A DNA stretch of 63,953 nt, counting the filler, from Rhabdomonas costata (Eukaryota), in NCBI GenBank assembly GCA_019059605.1. It is 35 parts of 35 records of this genome, joined end to end, with 100 filler letters (N's around TTAATTAATTAA, not from the genome) between each part and the next. Parts side by side here need not be neighbours in the genome. Positions count along the whole stretch, not along the records: positions 10,990 to 12,720 come from JAHMHO010009932.1; positions 12,821 to 14,548 come from JAHMHO010009933.1; positions 14,649 to 16,379 come from JAHMHO010009934.1; positions 16,480 to 18,208 come from JAHMHO010009935.1; positions 18,309 to 20,046 come from JAHMHO010009936.1; positions 20,147 to 21,876 come from JAHMHO010009937.1; positions 21,977 to 23,706 come from JAHMHO010009938.1; 28 more parts are not named here. One strand, 5' to 3'. Under the pieces are notes generated by a model that saw only the letters and a list, made by a program, of their open reading frames with translations, was not told where the DNA came from and ran no database searches. Within the stretch, counting starts at the first letter, position 1; every line of letters begins with the position of its first letter. The translations under genes were made by a program, and so were the position numbers. Positions 11,539 through 23,700 of the stretch are shown one piece after another.

Positions 11539-12720
11539 ATGGCCACCTCTAACCGGGTGTTCATTCCACGGCTGCCGGACAATCTTGACCACACCGCACT
11601 GTCTCAGTACTTCAGCCGCTTTGGGTCCGTCACGGACGTCTACATTCCCGCGGACCTGGTTACGGGCCAGAGGAGAGGAATCGCCTTCGTCACCCTGCAG
11701 ACTCCAGAGCAAGCTCAGGTTTCTGTGGATTGGCTTAGTTTAGCTGTTAAGTGTCAGTACTGCCAGTAGCGGTGTTTTTAAGGGGTCATAACCATCTCCG
11801 ATGCCCGTGCAGGCCGCTGCGCAACACCCCGAGCACGAGATCAACGGCCTTTCCTTAGTTGTTGTTCCGGCAACCCCGAAAGACACCTCCCGCCGGCCCG
11901 ACACCTCTGCTGCTCGAGCAGCCCAGTTGCACCCGACCTACCCCCCGGTGTGGCCTTCTTGCCTTTGGGGAGGGGATTTCTTTTGTGGTGTGGGCCCTAC
12001 CTTTGCCGGAGTCCTGTACTCATCTGTACTCATCGGGTTTGCAACCACAGGGTTCTCTTTCGTGAAGGTGCGGTGTGATGGTGGACTCCATCCCCTTTGA
12101 TGGTAATATGCACAGATATGCTTTCCGCAAACGGAGAACTCGATTTTTGTGGAGTCCATTGTTTTGTACGTTCCTTTCAACAAGTCTATCTCTTCTTTCC
12201 AGTTTGGTTCTATCTTTTGTTGCGCGTTGCCTTACTTCAGAGAGGGGCTCCTGTGCCACAGTACGGCGGGCATCGGACAGGTAGCACACATCTTTTCATT
12301 TGTGACGGGCCGTCACCTTCGCCATAAACCAACAGGGAACCCATTCTTCGCAGAGATAGGAGAGGAGGTGGTCTTGTTGCCTGCGGCCCCCACAGCTTGA
12401 AGGAACATCCTCTTCCATTTTAATTGTTCTTCTCGTGCTGTCGTCGCACTTCTCTTTCATCTCTTCTCACCATGCACTATCTCACCCTTCGCGTTGACTG
12501 CCTGCGCTTTCTTTACCTACCCATTCCATATGCCCGTTCTCCCTTCATGCCCTTTGTTTCTCCAACACGGCACTCTTGTCCGCATTGATCCTGTGAGATT
12601 TTTGCTCAGAAATGCCCCCCGCCCCGCCACTTTCCTTCCTCTTTCCCTTGTTCAGGAGGCGGGATGGACGGTAACCGCATTTTTGTGGGCGGTCTACGGG
12701 CTGACTACACCCAACAAAAC
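11539..12720 (+). CDS. Multi-RRM RNA-binding protein (hnRNP A/Musashi-like), 5' part
   Basis: Exons 11539-11718, 11813-11947, 12241-12280 and 12656-end join in frame. They contain RNP2 RVFIPRL, RNP1 RGIAFVTL, and a second RRM starting NRIFVGGL. Confidence 0.9.
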
Positions 12721-14422
12721 NNNNNNNNNNNNNNNNNNNNNNNNNNNNNNNNNNNNNNNNNNNNTTAATTAATTAANNNNNNNNNNNNNNNNNNNNNNNN
12801 NNNNNNNNNNNNNNNNNNNNTGTGTTGGGTCGGCGCCCAGATCGAAGATCGAGACATTGACCAGAGGGCTGCCAGCCAAGAGCCACTCAGCACAGCAGCA
12901 GGGATTCACAGTCCAAGTTGGAGGCTGCCTTTCAGGTAGTGCGCTGCAAAATCGTGCTTGTGAATGCTTCTTTCTTGCCCTTTCTTGCTTCCAGGATGCT
13001 GTTTGCCCCCAAAAGCACGTCCGCTCCTCTCCGCCAAAGGGACCCAAGATAGAACGAGGGGGCCTTGCAGGGGGCAGGTCCGTGGAGTATAACTCGTGCA
13101 TTTCTTGTCTCTGCCCTCCAGACAGAGAGCGCGCACGGCCGGCTTCCAGTGTCACTTAGGCAACTGTCGTGCAATGAAACCCTTGTGTCCAAGTCCAGGG
13201 ACAAAGGTCCACGTCTGGACCGTGTTGGGCGGTGCAGCGCCTTTCCACACTGGTTCGGACTCTGGATCCAAACACAATTCAACTCACTCTTCGGCCGCCT
13301 TTTTTTTCAGACAAACGGACCAGGGTTTCCTGTCGAAGGTTGGGTGATTTGTTCTCAAGAACGGTTTTCTTCTCCCTCTCTGGTCCTCAAATCCCAAGTA
13401 ACAAAGGAAAGCAACATTAACTGGACAGGTAAGAGCAAAAAGTAAAAACACAACACACTTTCATCAGAGCAAACCAAACGACATTAATCAAGTCCTAGAA
13501 TATATTGGGAGGTAGAAATCTAGGATCAGCAATCATCGATGTATTTGAAATTTGAATTTGAGTCTAATTTTTTGTGGTTATTTTTTTCAATTGTCTTTTT
13601 TGCAAGTGTGTTGAATGAATTCATTTTTCGCTCTTTGTGTGTATTATTATTATTATCTGAAATTTTGAAAGTATCAAAAACTCACAGGGGTGCGATCACG
13701 GTCCATGCACCGGTTTTCAGCATCAACAGACGAAAACGAAAAGGGGAATTGGGTCAGCACTGCAGCACTGCAGGAGTGCAGGAACTCGTACGATATTAAC
13801 ATTTGTTTCTTTACAAGCACAATCCCAAGACTAAGATCTCAGACAACAGTGTACAACAGGCAAGGGCGTCCGCTCCAGCGCCAACGTTCGAACACCGCAC
13901 ACACATTCGCGAACCAGCGTTGGAAATCTGACAAGGGGGCTGACGTGTGAACGCTAGAAACAGGGCGATAAGAAATAAGGTGGAAGCCGACGAATGAAAA
14001 AGCCTTGGAGGGGGGAGAACACGATTGCTGCCCGGAAGCCCGCGCACCAGCATCCTTGCCACGCCTGAGCGACACTGCCCGCCAGCCGCCACAACCTCCG
14101 GGATGCTGAAGCCAGGTCCCACCCAGCCGCTTGCCTGCTTGCGGGCCAGGTGCCGCACGCACTTCCGGGCATCAGGCCTGGAGCTCGCAAAACGGACTCT
14201 GTCACTTTAAGAAATTCCTTTTCGTGACGGGATCCCATAACTCACCTCTGAGGCACAAGACATCTTCGAAAAGATCTGTGTCAATTCTCCTTTGGGACAG
14301 GTACGCCCTGCAGGGGGGTACCTGTACCGCAAAAAATTGGAGATACCTGAATGAAAGTCCTTTCTCTTGAATTGTGAGTACATGAGGTAGTTAAAGCACA
14401 CACGTACGCACCAACCAACCGT

Positions 14423-14488
14423 GGGGGAAAGGCCTGGCCTCGGGCCCCCCTTGGGACGCACCGGGTCCCGAGGCCAGGCCTTTCCCCC
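14423..14488. repeat. Perfect 22-bp GC-rich inverted repeat (hairpin)
   Basis: gggggaaaggcctggcctcggg (14423-14444) is the exact reverse complement of cccgaggccaggcctttccccc (14467-14488). Confidence 0.95.
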
Positions 14489-14648
14489 TGGCAAGTCCCC
14501 AAGGCTCAGCCAGCCTGGGCTAGGCTCCCGTGCGGTCTCCACCACAACNNNNNNNNNNNNNNNNNNNNNNNNNNNNNNNNNNNNNNNNNNNNTTAATTAA
14601 TTAANNNNNNNNNNNNNNNNNNNNNNNNNNNNNNNNNNNNNNNNNNNN

Positions 14649-16318
14649 GGTTTGTCATCTCCACGGCAGCCATCTGCGTCAGGGTGTGCGCGCCTTGGGT
14701 CACGGAGGAGCTCTGGTAGCTCGGCAGGACGGCACTGGCGACCTCACGCAGGGCGGACTGTGCCGCGGGCGCAGTTGAGAGACAAGCATCGATAAAGGAG
14801 GCTTGTACCACTCTGAAGTGACTACATAATGAAGGCGGAGGCCTTCCAAGCTACACGGTGTGGACGAATATTCCACGCGCTCGCCCAAAGTCCAGAGCAT
14901 CTAGACCTCTGATCCAATGGGGCAACATTAAAAAACTTTTAACATATGAAGGAGGCAGGTTTGAAAGAGCGGGGTGTTACCTCAGCGTTTCGAATGCAGT
15001 GCGAATGGAATTGGATGAGGTAGTTAGTTACTACTGGATCAAGGCACTGCTATGGTGGTGGTTTTCGGCCTCGAGAGGTCTTGTCTCATGCAGGGCGGAG
15101 ATTCTTGGGAAACCTCACTGGCGCATTCTCGGAGCAACCCTCTGCACTCGACTCTGTTCACCACTTCTCCTGGGGCACTGGAGACATACTTCCAGGTTGT
15201 GCACACCCTACCCTCAGGGCCTTGAATGCTAAATTGAAAAGCACAAACGCAGGGGGGGAGGGTGGGTCATACGATCCGCCACTCAGACATGGAACAAAAG
15301 CCAAGCAAACAGAAAAACCAACAAATCAACATTACTGAGAATACATCCGAAGCACGCTTAAGCGGAACCGGAATCAGGGACGAAGGGAAGAGGAAAAAAG
15401 AGATATTCTGGTGAGTGTGAGTGCGCAAACACCTCTGATGAGAGGAGCTTCAGGTGCTGCTGGCGGGCTGACTCCACAAGCTGCTGCCGAAAGGTAAGGA
15501 GCTCGGTCTTTCCCTGTGTCCACAGCAGAGAGACTGGGAATGGTGCTGCGGGGTTAGGCAGCACGTAAAAAAAAATCAGCCATCGAGTTGTTGGACCTTC
15601 GGTTGGCAAATGTCGAGGTGAACCTGGTGGGCGTGTCCGAGAACAGTAGCGTTTCGTTGAAACTCACACCAAGCACCTAAACATAATCTCCACAAACTAG
15701 AAATGGATCAGGGTATAGCATACATTGCTGCAGGCTAGCGCAAGCAGGCCGTCCTTCAGAAACCGCCCGTCGGTGAAGGTCACTCCTATAGCAGGCAAAC
15801 AAGAAGGAGGAAAAGGAGCAAAGGTCAACCGAAAACTGTGACAGTGTGAGAGGTCATTTGTTAGGGAGCTGAGAGGCAGTGAAAAAATGCCGGGCGCCAA
15901 GAAAGCAGACACAAAACGCACACATGCTAATTGGTTGGTATTGGTGGTGTCCGTTAACTTATCAGCTGTGACGTCGCGCAGAACATAGCTAAATTCTTGA
16001 GCTCGGCGGCACTGGGGCCCCGTAATACGCATTCCCAGTCGTAGCAGTCATTCAGCGTCCTTCAAGCGGATGACGTAGGACCGAAATAAAGCTCATGGCA
16101 GCAGAGTCTTCCGTTCGTTGCCCTGGAAAACTAAGAGGGCTGTGCATGTATCCATGTGGCCTGTGACAATTCCCACACCATCGGAGGCGCGCTTTGCCCA
16201 AAGCGGCTCTTTGCAGCGGTGGAGGTACAAGGAGCACAGCCTGGGCTGCAGCACAATCACCAGGTCACACCCCGAGCTCTGGTCCAGTGCGACCGGCTCC
16301 CCCTCCGTGGAATCAATC
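14649..16318 (-). CDS. Uncharacterised multi-exon protein, partial
   Basis: AG/GT-bounded coding-like blocks at about 16318-16228 (IDSTEGEPVALDQSSGCDLVIVLQPRL), 15786-15723 (VTFTDGRFLKDGLLALACSN), 15513-15433 (GKTELLTFRQQLVESARQQHLKLLSSE) and 14801-14649. Confidence 0.5.
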
Positions 16319-16635
16319 TGTGCGTCAGCACGTGGCGGGAATCCGACTCAGCACACCACAGCGAATCGCACAAAACCCCNNNNNNNNNNNNNNNNNNNNN
16401 NNNNNNNNNNNNNNNNNNNNNNNTTAATTAATTAANNNNNNNNNNNNNNNNNNNNNNNNNNNNNNNNNNNNNNNNNNNNGGTTGGTGGTGGGCCCTTTTG
16501 CAGCACTTTTTGCAAGAAGTCAGCAAATTTCTTCTTTGGACTGTTGGGCCATGCGCTTTTTCCATGAATGAAAGAACACTGCTTAATGCATACTGAAGGA
16601 ACTCTTGACTCTTTGTCTCTGCCATCTATGTGCAG

Positions 16636-16950
16636 GACTTCTACGAGCCGTTGCGTCGGGTACTTCCGGAAGTTCAGGTTTTTTTGCGCTCCTCCGGAGG
16701 CCTTTCCGTGCAAGCCGTCTTCCACAGGTTGGTAACAGCAGACGTGCTGGTTACCAGCCGCAGTGGGTTCTCCCACTTGGCGGGGATGCTCAGCCTTGGG
16801 CTAAAGCTCGCCGTGCCGTTCTGGCACACCACGGACTGTGACCGTCTGTGGATTCCAGTGAAGGCCCCCGAGGGGCGGTTCAACCTCACTTTGTTCCGCT
16901 CCGAGTGGAAGAGATACGTCCAGTCTCGGCGTGGTCACGGTTGCAGCTAA
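16636..16950 (+). CDS. Glycosyltransferase-like (fucosyltransferase-type GT-B) protein, last exon
   Basis: CAG|DFYEPLRR...VFHRLVTADVLVTSRSGFSHLAGML...TAA. The ADxLVxSxSxFS motif is typical of GT11/GT23/NodZ-like C-termini. Confidence 0.65.
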   Translation, partial: DFYEPLRRVLPEVQVFLRSSGGLSVQAVFHRLVTADVLVTSRSGFSHLAGMLSLGLKLAVPFWHTTDCDRLWIPVKAPEGRFNLTLFRSEWKRYVQSRRGHGCS

Positions 16951-18460
16951 TCCTGGCGAAGTTATCGTTGATCACCGCTATGGCCTGAAGCGCAGTCCTG
17001 ACTTTCAGTGGCGCAATGAATGATCTTTATGGTATGTCACCCCGGGGTACGCAAGGCACTTGCCCTCAGAAAGCTCAAAAGGCTCAGGAAGCCTGGTCCG
17101 GCTTGAATGGTAGAAGAATTGGAGGGGAGCACGCATGCTGTTTCGCTTTGCTTTCAGAGCCTTTTGCACATTTCCTGTCGTGATCGGACTTCTTCTTTGG
17201 CTCCGGATGCAGCCACCTCCATTGGGCTGTAGTGCTCATTGATTCTTATTATAGTAACGCGGTGATTTTCCCTTGTCCCCTTTCCGTGAAGCGGGATAAA
17301 ACGCTGCTCCTCGCAGACTTGCGGCGGTGACTCCGAAGCTGTATGTTGAGAAAGCAGAGTCTGGCGCAAGAGACTCGACGCTGAAACAAAACAAGGCAGC
17401 AAGCGGGGTTTTGATATTCGCCACCATCGATTTCTTGCTGCCCTGTGTACTTCGATCTGTCCTGTACATGGGGTTTTGTATTGTTCCTTCATTACCGGCT
17501 GGTATTTATTGTCCGGGTCTTCAGACGTTTGCATTTACGAGAGCGAAGAGCGCAAGCCCCGAGTCTGTTTAGCTGGTGCTCGAATTCAAGCCATGCTTAT
17601 CGAAGCGAAACGACGTGGTAGAGAATGGGAGTATCTGCAAATGGCGCCTGCTTGTAGGCAGGTTGGCTGCTCCGAGAAAAGCAAACTTTGTTTTGTAACT
17701 CATGTTGGAATGTTGCACTCCGAAGAAGTGAACCACGGGCTGCAGAGAAGAATGCATTGATGCACTACAATGCATTGATGAGTTTCACAGAGTGGATAGA
17801 TTTTCTTCGATGGGTTCCTGTCTCTTCTCAAAGTAAGGCCGGTCTGAGGCTTGCACTGTATAAACCACTTACCCACTATCAGCACCTCATGCAATTGAAT
17901 GCGCGCCCGAGTGGAAACGGAGTAAGACGCCACCCCAATGATGGATTCGCATTTTTGTCTTTTGGTTTCTATTTTTAGCTTTTGGGTTAAATTAACCTAG
18001 TTCTGTTGCCCTGAATCTCTTGTTGATGCTGCTCCGTTTATGGGCTCATTAACCCTTTTTCAAAAGCTGCTTGCGTTTCCAGTCTTTCCCTCCTCCTTGG
18101 TGTAAATGTAAACACTGCTGCCACAATGAGTTTGCAACCGCCCCCTCGAGGCCCGGCTGCTTCTTCAGCGATCTTCTCGTCTGATGAATCCTGCTGGACC
18201 CACCAAAANNNNNNNNNNNNNNNNNNNNNNNNNNNNNNNNNNNNNNNNNNNNTTAATTAATTAANNNNNNNNNNNNNNNNNNNNNNNNNNNNNNNNNNNN
18301 NNNNNNNNGGTTTGGTGTGGTGAAAGCAAGGGTAACCTTCACAAAGAAATCTAGGGAAATTTCGGTTCCTTTCGAGGGAGGTGGTGTATGAACCGTAAAG
18401 CACAGGCAAACCTCCCCGTTTCACACACCCTTTCGCGCCAAACGTTCGCTTCTCTTTGAG

Positions 18461-19594
18461 GTGATTGGGGAGACGGCGGTGGAGCTGGACTGCCTGTTTT
18501 CCTCGCTCCGCTCTCGCGAGACGAACGCGGGGAACTTCATTGCAGACATCATCCGGATAAGTAGTAAGGCCGACATCGCCCTGCTGAACAGCGGCACCCT
18601 GCGCACCGACGCTGTTGTTCCTGTTGGTGAGCTCACTCTCAAGGTGTGAGTGTGCGTTGACTTTTACCTTTTCACTTTGACTTCCTGTCTCAAAACTCCA
18701 GCAGTGGCGTTCCAAGGAACTAGACGTCAAACCAGAGGCTGCCAGACCTTGCCCGACACTGGGAGCCATTGGCCATTGCGTGTTGCAATGCACAAACACA
18801 ACAGATAAAATTGCGACTTCTGTTCAAAACATGATGAGCCCCCACTCGCCCAAATTCGCCATTGTTGTTGCCGCCGGAAGCTATGCAGTTCCAAATCCAA
18901 ACATGAAGAGAAGAAAGAGAGTCCTCGTTTTCTAGGATATATCAAGTTGGTCGAATCCTTAAAAGGCGTGAGCTCTCTTGGGAGCGTAAAATTCAACCTG
19001 ACTCCTCTGGTTACTTGCGCCCCACACCCCTTTGTACTTCCCCTTTCCCCAGTAATGTGCCCAACCTCCCCCTCCCCCTGAAAGTCAGAGGATGAGGGGT
19101 TCTGCAGGACTTGTTCACTCTGCTGCCGATGCTGGACCTAGTTGTGGTGCTCGGGTTGACCGCATGCGAGCTCCTACAGGCGCTGGAGAACGGGGTCTCG
19201 CAGTGCCCCCGGCTCGATGGCAGGTGCGCACCCCTTTGGTGGAGATGACCTTTGCCAGCGCGCTGCCGCAGAAACACGTGCGGTATTGGTTCCGGATGCG
19301 AGACGCAAGACGACAGGTGAAAGGGGAGGAGATGATTGTAAGCGCATTCTTTATTTTCAAGGCGATTGGAGGTCGGTGGGTGGTTTTTCTCCCGACAGAT
19401 TTCTTCAGGTTTCCGGGGTGAAGTTTGAGTACGACCCCACGCAGCCTGCGGGCCAGAGGGTGATCCGGGAGAGCGTCCGCCTGACTGGGGACGGGGATGA
19501 GCAGGCGCTGGATCCCGCCACCACCTACCGTGTTGTGGTGAAGGAGTACATGGCCTCGGGAAAGGACGGCTTCGACTGCCTCGCCAATGCCAAG
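18461..19594 (+). CDS. 5'-nucleotidase (calcineurin-like/UshA family), C-terminal domain exons
   Basis: Exons 18461-18643, 19108-19223 and 19399-19594 give RSRETNAGNFIAD...ADIALLNSGTLR...DLFTLLP...LLQALENGVS..RLDGRFLQVSGVKFEYDP...YRVVVKEYMASGKDGF. Confidence 0.93.
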
Positions 19595-19670
19595 GAATGG
19601 AATGATGAATGACTCACGGCCCCCTAAACTCACACGCGTGCACAGTTCACACGGCAGCATACACAAATGT

Positions 19671-19671
<1 letters not shown>

Positions 19672-19720
<49 letters not shown>
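19672..19720. repeat. (CA)n microsatellite
   Basis: Directly visible. Confidence 0.95.
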
Positions 19721-19723
<3 letters not shown>

Positions 19724-21026
19724 TCTAGTCTTCCCAACAACAAAACAAAGGGGTACAGCAAAAGACGGACTCGTCAGGTGCACACACACACACACGTTGT
19801 TTTGCTGACATTCAGTTGGAAAGCAATTTCTGATGTTTTTCCTTCGAAACCTTCTGTTTCTCGGCGCACGCGCACACTTCCTGCAACAGCTTCCATCTGG
19901 CCTGGCACAGGTCTCTCAGAGGGCGAGGCATCCGGGGGGCTTCTGGTGTGGCTGTGCGTTGTGGTAGGTTTTGGTGGACGAGCTCCCCGCGATTCCGACG
20001 ATGGTCCGGGGCTTCCTGAGAGTAATCTACAACCTTTCAGGTGCTTNNNNNNNNNNNNNNNNNNNNNNNNNNNNNNNNNNNNNNNNNNNNTTAATTAATT
20101 AANNNNNNNNNNNNNNNNNNNNNNNNNNNNNNNNNNNNNNNNNNNNGTGGGGTTGTGGTCAGGGTGAGGCGTAGCATGCGTCGCCTTCTCCAGAGTGCAC
20201 CCAAGGCCCTTTGCTCCTGGAATCCCCCTCGCTCGAGCTGTCGTCGTGCTCCAGCTCGGGCCTCCCTATACCTACATGGGTGGCAGACGCTTCACCAGGA
20301 GGCTGCAACAGATGATCGGGTTCCTCCACCCCTCGAAGGCGGTGGGTGCCAGCCTGGGTGTGCTTTCGACCCGGAGCAGGGGGCGCACCTGACAAATACA
20401 ATTCTAGTAATTGGAAAGCTGCTGTGCAACATCAAGATCTTTTTCCTCACGAGAAGCAAACTTGGAACTAGATGAGCCAGGAGCGAGTTGCAATAAAGCA
20501 TCAGGCCCAGCGGTCTTTCAACTCAACTCATGTCACGGAAGGAGTGGGGCACGCAATTTAAATGGTTCAAGACAATTCTAGCACTCTGGCAACATGCGAG
20601 GAGGGGAGAGTAAGATTTTGCCATAAAAAAGCAGCTATTAAACCCAGAGAAGAGGCGCTGTGGGGAGGAGGTGAGTAGAGTTCTGCAAGCTGCATCGGTT
20701 TCCTGAATTGCTAGAGTAGTGTGTGAGCGCGTGTCATGGAGATCATTTTAGAAGAAAAAAAGGTGCCCGCTGCCGAAGGTCACGACGTGCTCCGGGGCGA
20801 GTATGTGACCAGATGAGTACAAGGGCCGATAATATAAGATGCAGTGAACCCTGCTGCTCTGAATGGAATGCTGGGATCACCCGGCACCAGCGACCCATCA
20901 AAAGAGCAAGTCAGCAGACCTGGGTATTCTTTTTTGAGTGCGCTCTGAAGGTTTAAGGAGGCACTAACTAATTGAAGGGGGTGTAGGAAAATTGGGACTA
21001 GAAATGTGTATGGGTTGTATGCCACC

Positions 21027-21206
21027 CTTGTGCTCGTTGAGCTGAGCCGCCGGAACTCCCTGCCAAGGCTTGGCCCAGTGGCGGGGGGGAGAGCCAGAGA
21101 AGGGGCCCCCGCGGGGACGCCGTGCCGGAGCCAGCAACAACGGGTAGCTCAGCAGGCACAGCACACCCATCAGTACAGAGGCGTAAAGAAAGGACCGGAG
21201 CCTCAT
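21027..21206 (-). CDS. Possible first exon of a type II membrane or secreted protein
   Basis: MRLRSFLYASVLMGVLCLLSYPLLLAP forms a hydrophobic N-terminus, followed by a Pro-rich stem and then a GT donor. Confidence 0.4.
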
Positions 21207-21976
21207 TAGGCTTTCCAAACACAACCTCTGGCTATGCCCACCCCCACATAGCACAACAAAACAGATTTACGTTATCAACTCAGGGGAATCGAAATCAGGT
21301 TATGTGAGCTGCAATAGTCAGCACCGGAGCCATGAACCTCATCAACAAACATTTTTGCGTGCACGCAGCATCCTCCCAAAACCAGAGCTGTTGCATTGTT
21401 GTATTTCTATGGTTAAATGGTTAAGCTGCAATGCACCAACCTTTGATATGGATCAGTTCTGCGCTCAGTTTGCTTCTCTTGTCTTTTTTAAACCTCCTTC
21501 ATGCCACAGTATACGCTGGTTCTTTGCAAAAGCCATTCACCGCCCGCATGTGTGTGAGGCATGGGTCCAACTTGGAAGCCAAAAGGAGCAAAGACTTGAT
21601 AAGTAAGTGGTCCTACCTTCCATCCGCCTGACGAAAGGTGCTGGATTCGTATTGCAAGAAGACCCCAAAAACTGGAAGAAAAAATAGAATAGGGCTGAAA
21701 AAATTTTATGGACTCATCAGGTCCTTCGCCCATAAAAATTTACCACCATCGCCGGCGCCAAAAGGCGAAGCGGAGCTTTGCAGGTCTTTGAACCTGACCC
21801 GAAATCTCTCGATGCTCGGATGAAAAAGAAATCACACTGAAGCAAACGACAAGCGCAGTACTGCACAACAAAACCCNNNNNNNNNNNNNNNNNNNNNNNN
21901 NNNNNNNNNNNNNNNNNNNNTTAATTAATTAANNNNNNNNNNNNNNNNNNNNNNNNNNNNNNNNNNNNNNNNNNNN

Positions 21977-22591
21977 TGTGGAATAATTTCTCACATCAAA
22001 CCCACATTTGCGTGCTTGCAAGAGCTTGATCAGTGCACACACAGGAGTTGTGGGCGGGATATGCTCGTCGAACTTGCCTCACTCACTTGCATGTGGCCGA
22101 CCTTTGGCCCAGCTATTGCATTTCAAGGCGGCAATTATGGCGTTGGGGTGCTCTCCAGAGAACCACCCCTATCTGCGAAGCAAGTGACACTGCCTGGAGC
22201 AAAGGAGCTCCGAACCGCGCTAATTGTTGAGTTTCCTTGGATTTTCATTGTTTGCACCCATTTTTCGCTGGTTGAATCTGACCGACTACAGTCTGTGGAG
22301 ATTTTAGACGGAGTGGCAGCTGTCAGCGGGTGCAGTGGCAAGCCCTTTGTTTTGGCAGGTGACTTAAATGACATTCCCACCTCAGCAACGCTGCGGGCTT
22401 TTGAAGAGCGAGGTTGGACCAGGTTGTCTGGTTCGCAGCCCACGTTTCCAGCAGACTTCCCAAAACAGTGCATTGACTATGTTTTATGCAAAGGAATTCT
22501 AGGTCGTCCCTGGAACAGCCAATTGATTATGGAGCCTCACGCTTCCGACCACTTGCCCGTTCTTGTGGAACTGTCTGAGGCGCGCCGCTGA
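21977..22591 (+). CDS. Endonuclease/exonuclease/phosphatase (EEP) family metal-dependent hydrolase, bacterial type, intronless, 5'-truncated
   Basis: Open from the contig edge. Contains LQELD, GGNYGVGVLS, CTHFSL, LAGDLND, PTFPA...IDYV and ASDHLPV, and ends at TGA. Confidence 0.93.
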   Translation, partial: CGIISHIKPTFACLQELDQCTHRSCGRDMLVELASLTCMWPTFGPAIAFQGGNYGVGVLSREPPLSAKQVTLPGAKELRTALIVEFPWIFIVCTHFSLVESDRLQSVEILDGVAAVSGCSGKPFVLAGDLNDIPTSATLRAFEERGWTRLSGSQPTFPADFPKQCIDYVLCKGILGRPWNSQLIMEPHASDHLPVLVELSEARR

Positions 22592-23292
22592 CGTTGTCCT
22601 TCTTTTCGTTCATCAAGCTCGCGATGGACATGGCTTGTCACGAAGATTGTTGGACATGGCTTGTCACTCATTCGTTGCTGTTTTTGAGCACACTTCTTTG
22701 GTTTGTTGTTTTTGCTATCGCAACTGATTTTTCCCGCTCGCGAACAACGATCGAATGCTCTGAATTCTACTTGTATAATTCGCCCTTTCCAGTAACAAAC
22801 TAGCTTGAATCATCCGCCCTCGAACGTAGCGCTGTGCAGCGTGCTGCGGGCGGCGTGCGTTGCCGTGGCCGTGTGATTTTACGCAAGGCTTGAAGATGAA
22901 CCCAATAATTAATTAAATATCTGAACCCATTCTCTAAAAATCCTTCTTTACTTAAAGGTAAAAAACGAACAGTGAAAAAAGATAGTGGTGGTGACGGGAG
23001 CTTTGACTGACCCATTCTGGTTGGTGGGTGGACACGGCCGAACGGTTTTAACACAAAAAGTTTTATCAGTAGGTGAGGCTTCGACCAGTCCGAGTTTCCT
23101 GCCCAATTTTCTCCACTTGGGTGAATGCTGCTGGACTTTTAACATCGGGCAGACCCGATATTTCGTGGCAATTTCTGTCGGTTCAAGAATGTGTGGTCTG
23201 GTGATTTCCAGGAGTTCATGCCGCTTCCCTTAATTTGCTTTTCTTACTCCCAGTCCTTTCAGCGCTTTCATTCTTTTCTTTGGAGAGAGAGA

Positions 23293-23604
23293 ATGGACGC
23301 TCTTTCGCTGAGAGCGCGTGAGGTGGTCTCTGGGTGGGGCGAGACCATCCTTGCGCTGGCCAACCCCTCTCTGCACAGCGCCAACCGGGCGACAAAGGGT
23401 TGGCCGATGGTGAAGCTGGAGGACGCCCTTGTGGTGGTGGTGGCCTACTTACTCTTCGTCGCCGTGGGCAGCACAGTGATGAAGCTGCTGTTCGGCCGCG
23501 CAGAGCCCGCGACATTGAAAAACGTCACAGTGGCCCAGAAGTTTGCCAAGGAGCCGATCTTGATTGTGTCCGCAGTTTACAACTTGGCACAAGTTCTGCT
23601 CTGC
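23293..23604 (+). CDS. Fatty acid elongase (ELO/GNS1-SUR4 family), first exon
   Basis: MDALS...TKGWPM...VVAYLLFVAVGS...KEPILIVSAVYNLAQVLLC then GTACAT. The wPm, aYL and YNxxQ motifs are typical of PUFA elongases, and there is an upstream pyrimidine tract. Confidence 0.85.
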
Positions 23605-23628
23605 GGTACATGTATGGTCAAAGGCAGA

Positions 23629-23700
23629 CACAACCACAAGCACAACCACAACCGCAACCACAAGCACAACCACAACCACAACCACAAACAGAAGCGCACA
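23629..23700. repeat. (CACAAC)n hexamer tandem repeat in an intron
   Basis: Directly visible. Confidence 0.9.

Noticed and set aside
19601-19700. Box C/D snoRNA starting at ATGATGA
   Set aside because: There is no box D (CTGA) or terminal stem at a suitable distance.
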